A DNA stretch of 63,142 nt, counting the filler, from Octopus bimaculoides (taxonomy: Eukaryota), in NCBI RefSeq assembly GCF_001194135.2. It is 10 parts of 10 records of this genome, joined end to end, with 100 filler letters (N's around TTAATTAATTAA, not from the genome) between each part and the next. Parts side by side here need not be neighbours in the genome. Positions count along the whole stretch, not along the records: positions 34,006 to 39,680 come from NW_026343229.1; positions 39,781 to 42,476 come from NC_068991.1; positions 42,577 to 49,607 come from NC_069008.1; 7 more parts are not named here. The stretch is one strand, 5' to 3'. Each line of letters opens with the position of its first letter. Positions within the stretch are counted from its first letter, which is position 1. Shown piece after piece: positions 39,340-49,707 of this stretch. The translations under genes and the position numbers were made by a program. The notes under the pieces are model-generated. The model saw only the letters and a program-made list of their open reading frames with translations. It did not search any database and was not told the DNA's origin.

Positions 39340-39780
39340 ATTACACCCTCACACATACACATACACACATACACACGCATATAGGCGCAGGCACACACAG
39401 ACATATCCACAGACGAATATACCTTAGACCAGTGACTTAATCTCGTGTCCACCAGTTCGTGGTATCCCTGTGATGGTGTGTGGATGTGTCTACGGCAAAC
39501 CAGCTAGACTTTGGGGCTGTTTTTTTTACTATTTATACACTGCAACGTTGAACACCTTGGATTTAAATATATATATATACTACAGGTATGTATATATCTA
39601 TGCGTATATTTATATTTATATAATTGTTGGGTTTATGTACATGTTTGTGTGTGGTCGTGTTTTTCTGTATTTGTGTGTGTNNNNNNNNNNNNNNNNNNNN
39701 NNNNNNNNNNNNNNNNNNNNNNNNTTAATTAATTAANNNNNNNNNNNNNNNNNNNNNNNNNNNNNNNNNNNNNNNNNNNN

Positions 39781-39998
39781 CCTTTGAATTACAGGTACAA
39801 CAGAAACAGAATGTAGGAGTGAGAGAAAGTTGTGGTGGAAGAGTACAGCAGGGTTCGCCATCATCCCCTGCCGGAGCCTCGTGGAGCTTTTAGGTGTTTT
39901 CGCTCAATAAACACTCACAACGCCCGGTCTGGGAATCGAAACTGCGATCCAATGACCGCGAGTCCGCTACCCTAACCACTGGGCCATTGCGCCTCCAC
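39781..39998 (-). mobile_element. tRNA-derived SINE family C (5' half; remainder in gap)
   Basis: Minus-strand head GTGGAGGCGCAATGGCCCAGTGGTTAGGG..GGTTTCGATTCCCAGACC; shares sequence with 47.8-48.5 kb. Confidence 0.8.
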
Positions 39999-39999
39999 A

Positions 40000-40484
40000 C
40001 TGCAACAATAGCAACAACAAAATCAATATCAACGACAACAACAATAGCAACAGCACCACCATAAAAAATTGCAACAACAAAAATTATTGCATGTGAAATG
40101 CACCAATAGCTTCACCAGCAATAACAACAACAACAACAACAACAACGGCAATATGTTAATAAAAAACCACTGCACTAAATTAGGAACAACAAATGCGAAA
40201 TGTTAGCAACAACAACAACAACAATAATTCACAATACGGCTACAGCCAGAATTAGCAACAGTTGCACTGGAGAACGAATGCATCCAGTGAACTGCAGAAA
40301 CAGCAGCAACAAACAATAACAACAACAACAACAACAACAACAGCAGCAACTGCAGGAATAAATGCAACGGCTGAAACAAATGCAGCGACGGAAGCTGCAC
40401 AACAGCAACAAAAGCGACAACGACGAAGTAATGTATATTAAAAAAAACAAACAATTGAATGCGCTAATTAAAACAACAACAACA

Positions 40485-40574
<90 letters not shown>

Positions 40575-41138
40575 ACTACTACTGATACAACACTGCAGAA
40601 AGAGCCAACAACAATGACTGCAAGGGTATGAAAGGTCCTCTATGTGGTAGAAAAACTATTTTGAAAATGGCAGCCAATTCTCCCTCAAGTAATACCAGAC
40701 AGTATCGAGAAGAGGACAAGACGTATTAGATGATGAACTCCCTAATAGACCAGTGAAAAGAAGGGGGTGGTCATGGTTGGAATGTCTCTGGTTGTAGTCC
40801 TGCTTAATCAGGAATGACCTGGGGTTGTACTTAACAACTACAAAATAACAGCAATAAATGTTAACTACAACAACAGCACACACAACAAGAACAGCAACAA
40901 CAATTACAATAACAACATTCCGTATCAAACTATGTGCACTACAACACTGCATGTACAACAACAGCAGCTACAACAACATCGACAACAAAAGCCACAACTG
41001 AAACAGTAGCTGGTACAACAACAACAACAACAACAGCAGTAGATGCGAGATAGAAAATGCAACAGTACTAAAATGTTAGCAACAACAACAACAACAAGAA
41101 TAATAACATCAGGAATGGTGATAAGACAAAAATATCAA

Positions 41139-41214
<76 letters not shown>

Positions 41215-41765
41215 GAATAAAGAAATGAAATAGAATTTACAACACTAAGTGTATAGCAACAACAAGAGCGAAGACAAGAGCAACAACAAAGGCGAAAACG
41301 AGCAACAACAATAACAACAGCAGCAGCAGCGAAGACAAGACATAAAAACAACAATAATAATAATAATAATGACAAGACTAACTACAAAGGACAAGGACAG
41401 GAATAATAACAACAACAAAACCAGTAGCACTTGCAACAATAACGTATAAGCAAGTAGAAAAAAAAACATAAAGAAGAAAATACAAGAGCAAAAATAACAA
41501 ACGTTATCACCATCACCATCACTACCACCACCACCACTAACAACAACAAAAACAACAAGAAAGGCAGCATTTAAAAAAACCAAGATGGAGCAAAGCACAC
41601 CGCAACCATCTTCACCTCAACCGCCGCCGCCATTGCCAGCTACACAAACCGGCAGTTCAACACTACCACCCGCACCCCTACTACCAACACCAGCACCACA
41701 TCATAAAATGTACTACCTTCACCATCACACGAACCAACACCAACACCAACTCCACCATCACCACT
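40000..41765. repeat. (AAC)n-rich cryptic repeat with (ACT)n, (GCT)n and (AC)n inserts
   Basis: Direct reading. Confidence 0.85.
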
Positions 41766-42829
41766 AGCGGAACCATGTACGTGCAATCAATAAAGGCGTC
41801 TCTCTCCAAACTGTAGGAGGAGAGAAGGCAGACACATTCCACGAAATGGAGACGTGTCTTTCCAAAAGATACACCTTCTTTTTACATCACATGACTTCTT
41901 CCAAGATGTCGTCTGCTTTAGAAATATTCTTTTCCATTAACGCACTCCACCTCGCTCTTTCAATCTCTCGTTCTCTCTATCTCTTTCTTTCTGTGTGCCC
42001 GTGCCCGCGCGTGTGTGTGTGTTTATGTCATTCTCTCACGTTCAATCGGTCTCTAAGTTGATGTGTGTATGTGTGTATATATGCGCTTCTGTCTGCCTCA
42101 ATAATGATAGTATGCGACGTGCATAATATGCCTGTGTGTGTTCGCGTCCATATGTAATACTACGTGTGAAGTAATCTCTGTGTGTGGGTATGTGTTTGTG
42201 ATTGTGTGATGATATTCATGCAGCTATGAGCCTACAAGCTGCGTGTATTGTGTATGTATCTGCAGCTCGGTGCATATGTTGGCTATGAAATTACATGATG
42301 GAGCATGTGTGCATATGTGCGTATGTATCTAGGTACATACGTATGTAAGCGTGCATGTATATATGTACGTATGTGTGTGTGTGTGTGTATGTTTTTATGT
42401 ATGTATGTAAATATGAATTTATGCATATGTATGTTAGTATGTAAACCAATATCAATGAATTATGGATTAAATATTCNNNNNNNNNNNNNNNNNNNNNNNN
42501 NNNNNNNNNNNNNNNNNNNNTTAATTAATTAANNNNNNNNNNNNNNNNNNNNNNNNNNNNNNNNNNNNNNNNNNNNATCTCTATGACTTGGTCGCAATAT
42601 TGGATGTGATAAAACCTTTCGCTGAAACAATAACTCCAGGAGAAAATTTTCCCACCCCGTGTTATGCAAATACATAAATTATTTTTGGCTGCGAGTGATG
42701 CCATTGACTTGTAGGACTTACGCTTCGTTAGCTCCATAGTAGATCCGCCTTGTATGCTTGCTACGCATAAGTGAAGCGTTGTGTTTATCCATTTGCGTGT
42801 ATGTGCTTTTTATTCAACATTATCCCTTG

Positions 42830-43322
42830 TGCAGGTGGCACCACGTAAAATACACCATTTCGAGCGTGGCCGTTGCCAGTACCGCCTGACTGGCCTTCGT
42901 GCCAGTGGCACGTAAAAGCACCCACTACACTATCAGAGTGGTTGGCGTTAGGAAGGGCATCCAGTTGTAGAAACTCTGCCAAATCAGATTGGAGCCTGGT
43001 GTCATCTCTTGGTCCACCAGTCCTCAGTCAAATCGTCCAACCCATGCTAGCATGGAAAGCGGACATTAAATGATGATGATGATGATGATGATATATATAT
43101 ATAGTACCACCTGACTGGCCTTCATGCTGGTGACATGTAAAAGCACCCACTACACTCTCGGAATGGTTGGCATTAGGAAGGGCATCTAGCTGTAGAAACT
43201 GCCAAATCAGATTGGAGCCTGCTGTAGCCACCTGGTTCACCAGTCCTCAGTCAAATCGTCCAACCCATGCTAGCATGGAAAGCGGACGTTAAACGACAAT
43301 GATGATGATGATGATGATGATT
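42830..43322 (+). mobile_element. Two tandem 5'-truncated RTE-type 3' UTR copies (42830-43092, 43104-43322)
   Basis: Both contain GGCGTTAGGAAGGGCATC...CCAACCCATGCTAGCATGGAAAGCGGAC and end in (GAT)n. They are reverse-complementary to 46415-46650. Confidence 0.75.
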
Positions 43323-43534
43323 ATCACCCACTAAAGTTATAATCTTTAATTATGTTCTTAACATTGATTTTCGAGAGCTAGTTTGTTCCAGCTTAAAATA
43401 TTAAATTGAAATTAGGTGAAATGAAAGATAAGTCTATCATGTGGAACCAGGACAGCCCTCTTTTCTTCGAAGCATCTGTAACATGAAAGAAATAATAAAG
43501 ATGTCTGTTATTTTCTTCTTTCCGTCTTTTCCAG

Positions 43535-43745
43535 ATTAATCTTCTCCTGAAAGTATGTTCTGTCGCACAATGAAACTAATGGTGACTTTTTTGTTGATAC
43601 TGTATATGAGATTATTGTTGGAGGGTCATGCCGTTTCAGACTTCTGCACTAAATGCAGTTGTAGTGAGTCCCAGACCCAAATATCATGTGCATCTCTCAG
43701 CCTGATTACAGTTCCACCAGCCATTCCTGAAAATGTTGAATATTT
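43535..43745 (+). CDS. LRR gene, first coding exon (ATG at 43555): signal peptide + LRRNT cysteine cap
   Basis: Polypyrimidine tract + CCAG acceptor ending 43534. Encodes MFCRTMKLMVTFLLILYMRLLLEGHA (hydrophobic signal-like), then CTKCSCSESQTQISC..VPPAIPENVEYL (LRRNT, CxxCxC..C). Phase-2 donor TT|GTAAGT at 43745/43746. Confidence 0.9.
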
Positions 43746-43904
43746 GTAAGTGTTAAACAAATTTTACACCTTTTCCACAACCACTGATTTAAACTCTCAT
43801 TGGTTTTGCTAATACCTTATATTGCTGACCTCATCGCTAATACTAATAATACTTAATATTGTTAACCTCATCGCTTTAGACACTATATCACCTGCCGCAA
43901 AACC

Positions 43905-44220
43905 TTCTTCGTCCGTAGCAAATCGACGACCTCGTAAAAGATGTTTGAGCGGCCCCAAAAGGTGATAGTCGAAAGAGGTGAGATCTCTGTATGCAAGGTG
44001 TTCCGGAAACTCGAAAGTCAATAGTTCCTACAATGTGGGGGTGGCCATATGTGGCCGTGCATTTTCGTGCAACTACAACACTCGTTTTGACAATGGATTT
44101 CAGCGTTTGATGCAAATTGCTGATTTCAGTTTGTTGACCAGCATTTCAATGTAGCCTACTCAGGTGACTGTGGAGGCCTTTCCCAGGTAATGTTCCAGCA
44201 TGGGCTGCATTGCGAAAAAA
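43905..44220 (-). mobile_element. Mariner transposase C-terminal relic (intron of the LRR gene)
   Basis: Minus-strand PMLEHYL..YIEML..KLK..LHENARPH..EH LAY(SP)DL..DYHLLGPLKHLLRGRRF. Confidence 0.85.
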
Positions 44221-44276
44221 CGGTTAACATAAAATTTTCTGTGGATTTTGAGTTCTGAATTTCTTTTTTTTGTTGG

Positions 44277-44433
44277 CACAGGTGGGGGCTGTATGGTAAA
44301 AAGCTTGCTTCCACACCATATGGAGGCCAGTTCTAATCCTTGGGGAGTCGAGGATTCCGTTACTGAAGCTTCCACAGGTGGGGGCTGTATGGTAAAAAGC
44401 TTGCTTCCACACCATATGGAGGCCAGTTCTAAT
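44277..44433 (+). repeat. 96-bp tandem repeat resembling a SINE-B head, running into a gap
   Basis: CACAGGTGGGGGCTGTATGGTAAAAAGCTTGCTTCCACACCATATGG at 44277 and 44373. Confidence 0.75.
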
Positions 44434-45057
44434 NNNNNNNNNNNNNNNNNNNNNNNNNNNNNNNNNNNNNNNNNNNNNNNNNNNNNNNNNNNNNNNNNNN
44501 NNNNNNNNNNNNNNNNNNNNNNNNNNNNNNNNNNNNNNNNNNNNNNNNNNNNNNNNNNNNNNNNNNNNNNNNNNNNNNNNNNNNNNNNNNNNNNNNNNNN
44601 NNNNNNNNNNNNNNNNNNNNNNNNNNNNNNNNNNNNNNNNNNNNNNNNNNNNNNNNNNNNNNNNNNNNNNNNNNNNNNNNNNNNNNNNNNNNNNNNNNNN
44701 NNNNNNNNNNNNNNNNNNNNNNNNNNNNNNNNNNNNNNNNNNNNNNNNNNNNNNNNNNNNNNNNNNNNNNNNNNNNNNNNNNNNNNNNNNNNNNNNNNNN
44801 NNNNNNNNNNNNNNNNNNNNNNNNNNNNNNNNNNNNNNNNNNNNNNNNNNNNNNNNNNNNNNNNNNNNNNNNNNNNNNNNNNNNNNNNNNNNNNNNNNNN
44901 NNNNNNNNNNNNNNNNNNNNNNNNNNNNNNNNNNNNNNNNNNNNNNNNNNNNNNNNNNNNNNNTAATTAGCAAAATGTAAGATTTAACAACTCTGGAACA
45001 TAATTATCTGCATAATTATCAAACAAAAGTGATATTCTCAGAAGTACAGGCTCATAT

Positions 45058-45288
45058 TTCTTTATTGCCCACAAGGGGCTAAACATAGAGGGGACAAACA
45101 AGGACAGACAAAGTGATTAAGTCGATTACATCGACCCCAGTGCGTAACTGGTACTTAATTTATCGACCCCGAAAGGATGAAAGGCAAAGTTGACCTCGGC
45201 GGAATTTGAACTCAGAACATAAAGACAAACGAAATACCACTAAGCATTTCGGCCGGCATGCTAACGTTTCTGCCAGCTCGTCGCCCAT
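45058..45288 (-). mobile_element. SINE family A (LRR gene intron)
   Basis: Full minus-strand copy with the alternative tail AAGGGGCTAAACATAGAGGGGACAAAC. Confidence 0.85.
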
Positions 45289-45451
45289 AGAATATCCTAT
45301 TAATCTCAACCCTTATAAACATTTCTTATTTTCTAAAAATATCATTTCATTCAATAATTTATACGAAACATAATTGCCTACCCCTGATATTAAATGTATT
45401 ATCACAAATCTGATGCGTACAATATCTTATGAACTTAGTTTCATCTTACAG

Positions 45452-45523
45452 AAATTTGAAAAATAATAAAATCACAAATATTGGAGAACAAATCTTCCAG
45501 GACCTTACCGATTTAAAGAAATT
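45452..45523 (+). CDS. LRR gene, 72-bp LRR exon (L)NLKNNKITNIGEQIFQDLTDLKK(L)
   Basis: TTACAG acceptor, GTAAGT donor, 72 bp, phase 2-2, in frame with the previous exon, matches LxLxxNxIxxI..F..LxxLxxL. Confidence 0.93.
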
Positions 45524-45685
45524 GTAAGTCCGATCACTCTTGTTGGTGCTATTTTATTGACGATATAATATTAAATATTAACTGCCTCCCTTTCAATTCG
45601 TTCTGTTTTCTTTATGTGAGAATGTGTATGGAGGCATATATCTCTGTCTGAACAAAATTCAGTCTTAGTCCATCTACTCTTCACT

Positions 45686-45735
<50 letters not shown>

Positions 45736-46291
45736 GTTGTTTTTTTTCTTCTTTCTTCAAATCTTCTTCCATTTCTCGCCAAGTGTTTTCTGTACACCTA
45801 GGGCAGAGAAACTCGGTGTATGCATTCCCAGTTTACACACGCAAATTCACAGGTAAAACATGTATTTAAGAAAAAAAAAAAAATCAAATTCGTGAATGGA
45901 TGTTGTTTTCACAGCGATAATGCTCTTCTCAGTACATGAGTCGTTCCAGTTAGCACGATTTTTTGCACTTCCTGTTATTATTATTATTATTATTATAATA
46001 ATATTATTATCATTATTAATTCTTCTTCTTCTTCTTCAACATATATCCTTTTTCTCCACCTCATCATCATCCTTTTCACCTCCTACTCCAGCTCTTCCTC
46101 CTCCTCCTTTCCTTTCATTCCAGAGTCAATAAATGAGTACCAGTCTCACACTGGGTCCCCCAATGTAGTGGATTTGCCCCTGCCCCTGAATTGCTGTCCC
46201 TGTACCAAAATTTGAAACCAATATTTAATATTTTATCGCAAATCTGTTCTACACCCTTTTTTTTTAAAATATAAACTCATCTTTGTTACAG

Positions 46292-46363
46292 GGAACTGAG
46301 GAATAATGAAATCCAGGATATTGATGAACAAGCCTTCCGAAATCTTACCAATTTAAAGGAATT
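46292..46363 (+). CDS. LRR gene, 72-bp LRR exon (L)ELRNNEIQDIDEQAFRNLTNLKE(L)
   Basis: TTACAG acceptor, GTAAGC donor, 72 bp, phase 2-2, typical LRR consensus. Confidence 0.93.
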
Positions 46364-46414
46364 GTAAGCCGGATCACTCATGTTAATGCTATTTCATTGA
46401 CAATATACGTATGT

Positions 46415-46927
46415 ACTTCATCATCATCATTGTTTAACGTCCGCTTTCCATGCTAGCATGGGTTGGACGATTTGACTGAGGACTGATGAAACCAGACGGC
46501 TACACCAGGCTCCAATCTGATTTGCCAGAGTTTCTACAGCTGGATGCCCTTCCTAATGCCAACCACTCCGAGAGTGTAGTGGGTGCTTTTACGTGCCAGC
46601 GGCATGAGGGCCAGTCAGGCGGTACTGGCAACAGCCACGCTCAAAATGGTGTATTTTATGTGCCACATGCCTTGGAGTCAATCCAGCGGCACTGGCAACA
46701 ATCTCACTCGAATGTCTTTACACGTGCCACCGGCACAAGTGCCAGGAAGGCGACGCTGGGCACAGGTGCCATCACGATTTCGCTTTCACTTGCCTCAACA
46801 GGTCTTCGCAAGCCGAGTTTCGTGTCCAATGTAGAAAAGGTACGCATAAGTGGGCTGGCTACACCCCTGGCAGAGGCCTTGGATTTAGGTCTCACTTGGC
46901 TTGCCGGGTCTTCTCACGCACAGCATA
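46415..46927 (-). mobile_element. RTE-type LINE 3' end (ORF end + 3' UTR + (GAT)n tail), in LRR gene intron
   Basis: Minus strand encodes an ORF end YAVREKTRQAK*, then a UTR ending GCGGACGTTAAACAATGATGATGATG. The UTR is homologous to copies at 42.8-43.3 kb. Confidence 0.7.
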
Positions 46928-47481
46928 CAAATATTAAAAGTCTTCCTCGCCTTTTTTCCCTCTCCCCTATTTGCCTTGGCTCCCTATAAGTGTGTATGGT
47001 GGTGTAGCTCTCTCTACTACATTTACTCCTTGCCCCTCATCTTCACTCCGTCCCACAGTCTTATTGTCTCTCTTCTCTTACATATTCTCCCTTTCTATTC
47101 CCTCCTCTTCGAGATTTCTTTCTCTTCCTCCTTATAATCTTCGGCTTCTTCGACTACTACTACTACTACTACTACCACCACTACAACCATACTACTACTA
47201 CTACTGCCACTACTACTACTACCACCACTACTACTACTGCCACCACTACTACTACTGCCACTACTACTACTACTGCCACCACTACTACTACTGCCACTGC
47301 TACTATCACCTACTACTACTACTACTACCATCACTACTACTACTGCCACCACTACTACTACTGCCACTACTACTACTACTACCACTACCACCACTACTAC
47401 TACTGCCACCTTCACCTCTTTCGTTGACTTCACAACTCCAGCCCCAAAACAATTTCTTACAAACTCACTTTCTTTTCACAG

Positions 47482-47553
47482 AGATCTGAGTAAAAATGAA
47501 ATCAAAGAGATAGAAAAACGCACCTTTGAAGGCCTCGCCAATTTAGAGAAATT
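47482..47553 (+). CDS. LRR gene, 72-bp LRR exon (L)DLSKNEIKEIEKRTFEGLANLEK(L)
   Basis: TTCACAG acceptor, GTAAGT donor, 72 bp, phase 2-2, typical LRR consensus. Confidence 0.93.
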
Positions 47554-47759
47554 GTAAGTTCGTTTATTCTTGCTCATGCCATTTCATTAACCACATGTTT
47601 CCTCTCCTTCCTGCTTTAGCTCTGTGCATGTAGGTCCCTGCCTCTACTACATTCACTCCTTTCTGGGCGCGTATCATTACTCCATGTGACATAAACCACC
47701 AGCAGTTGATAGCCATTATTGCTCAGTTATTCTCAGACATTGCCACAAACTATATCAGA

Positions 47760-48495
47760 CTGTTGTTGTTGGCACTCCGTTGCTTAACGACGTCGAGGGT
47801 TCCAGTTGATCCGATCAACGGATGTGTACCCTTAACGTAGTTCTCGGAGATATTCAGTGTGACACAGAGTGTGACAAGGCTAACCCTTTGAATTACAGGC
47901 ACAACAGAAACAGGAAGAAAGAGTGAGAGAAAGTTGTGGTGAAAGAGTACAGCAGGGTTCGCCACCATCCCCTGCCGGAAAGCACTCCACCGGTTACGAC
48001 GTCGAGGGTTCCAGTTGATCCGATCAATGGAACAGCCTGCTCGTGAAATTAACATGCAAGTGGCTGAGCACTCCACAGACACGTGTACCCTTAACGTAGT
48101 TCTCGGGGATATTCAGCGTGACACAGTGTGACAAGGCTGACCCTTTGAATTACAGGCACAACAGAAACAGGAAGTAAGAGNNNNNNNNNNNNNNNNNNNN
48201 NNNNNNNNNNNNNNNNNNNNNNNNNNNNNNNNNNNNNNNNNNNNNNNNNNNNNNNNNNNNNNNNNNNNNNNNNNNNNNNNNNNNNNNNNNNNNNNNNNNN
48301 NNNNNNNNNNNNNNNNNNNNNNNNNNNNNNNNNNNNNNNNNNNNNNNNNNNNNNNNNNNNNNNNNNNNNNNNNNNNNNNNNNNNNNNNNNNNNNNNNNNN
48401 NNNNNNNNNNNNNNNNNNNNNNNNNNNNNNNNNNNNNNNNNNNNNNNNNNNNNNNNNNNNNCGCTGCCCTAACCACTGGGCCATTGCGCCTCCAC
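47760..48495 (-). mobile_element. SINE family C, partially tandem-duplicated, spanning a gap (LRR gene intron)
   Basis: GACGTCGAGGGTTCCAGTTGATCCGATCAA occurs twice (~47788, ~47998); head complement at 48463-48495. Confidence 0.8.
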
Positions 48496-48570
48496 GATAT
48501 CAAACTAAACATCAGGAAAACGAATAAATTCTTTCCTACATCAGACTATCAGTCCTGCCTTCCAGATAAA

Positions 48571-48634
<64 letters not shown>

Positions 48635-48924
48635 CAATGGTGTTTAAGAAATAATTTACCTAGCAAAAATTACAGGGAAATTATACAATACAATGACTGT
48701 GAAAATATTTAGTCACGAAGCCAGGAAATAGTTAACGGAATGTATGATCTGAAAATCTCTGACAAGATACATATCATTGACGGATATAATTGATACCTCC
48801 AAGAATACACACATGTATCCATCCATTAAAAATCCTCTTTATATTGATATTCATGGAAACAGCTTATTTTCTAAAGCTGTCACTTCGACATATTTTACGG
48901 GAATTGTAATTGTTTGCAAGGCAA

Positions 48925-49097
48925 AAACTATGGTGGCATTTAGTCAGTCTTTCGTTCAGCATTCAAATTCTGTGAAAGTCGATGTTACCTTTCGTCCTTT
49001 TGGGGGTTCATAAAATAGGTACCAGTTGGGCCCTTGGCTCAATGTAATCAACTTGCTCCTGCCCTGAAATTGCTGGCCTTGTTTCAAAATTTGAAAC
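48925..49097 (+). mobile_element. SINE family A, degenerate, directly followed by a family B SINE
   Basis: TTCAAATTC..CCTTTCGTCCTTTTGGGGG..ATAGGTACCAG..GCTGGCCTTG..CAAAATTTGAAAC. Confidence 0.65.
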
Positions 49098-49098
49098 T

Positions 49099-49510
49099 AG
49101 GCGTAGGAGTGGCTATGTAGTAAGTAGCTTGCTTACCAACCACATGGTTCTGGGTTCATTCCCGCAGCGTGGCACCTTGGGCAAGTGTCATCTACTATAG
49201 CCTTGGGCCGACCAAAGCCTTGTGAGTAGATTTGGTAGATGGAAACTGAAAGAGGCCCGTCGTATATATGTATGTGTGTGTATATGTTTGTGTGTCTGTA
49301 TTTGTCTCCCCAACATCGCTTGTCAATCGATTCTGGTGTGTTTACTTCCCCGTCACTTAGCGGTTCGGCAACAAGAGACCGATAGAATAAGTACTAGGCT
49401 TACAAAGAATAAGTCCTGGGGGTCAATTTGATTCAACTAAAAAGCGGTGCTCCAGCATGGCCGCAGTCAAATGACTGAAACAAGTAAAAGAGTGAAAGAG
49501 AGCAAAAGAG
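49099..49510 (+). mobile_element. SINE family B, full length (LRR gene intron)
   Basis: Colinear with 37312-37725. Confidence 0.85.
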
Positions 49511-49573
49511 AGTAGTGTTTTATCACAATCCTAACTTTATACACTTTTTTTTAAACCCGTTTTTATGTTACAG

Positions 49574-49607
49574 GGATCTGAGGAACAATGAAATCCAGAG
49601 AATTGAT
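49574..49607 (+). CDS. LRR gene, partial LRR exon (L)DLRNNEIQRID..., truncated by assembly gap
   Basis: TTACAG acceptor; 29/34 nt identical to the start of the 46292 exon; N gap begins at 49608. Confidence 0.88.
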
Positions 49608-49707
49608 NNNNNNNNNNNNNNNNNNNNNNNNNNNNNNNNNNNNNNNNNNNNTTAATTAATTAANNNNNNNNNNNNNNNNNNNNNNNNNNNNNNNNNNNNN
49701 NNNNNNN
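49608..49707. other. Artificial scaffold join 44N-TTAATTAATTAA-44N (linkers also at 9339, 17220, 33950, 39725, 42521, 54712, 58226, 60143)
   Basis: The same 12-mer, which has stops in all six frames, is centred in 100-bp gaps nine times. Confidence 0.95.

Noticed and set aside
46486-46989. 167-aa ORF as an extra exon or nested gene
   Set aside because: It is the antisense reading of the RTE-type 3' UTR; similar peptides (LQLDALPNANH) recur at 27645, 42785 and 43028.
46971-47489. 172-aa Tyr/Cys/His/Leu-rich ORF next to an LRR exon
   Set aside because: It is a (TAC/CAC)n microsatellite in an intron and is not in the LRR exon frame pattern.
37312-48495. tRNA genes at A/B-box-containing sequences (e.g. 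37312, 39998, 48495, also 5852 and 20630)
   Set aside because: No complete cloverleaf or acceptor stem is apparent, and they continue into SINE bodies repeated in the window.
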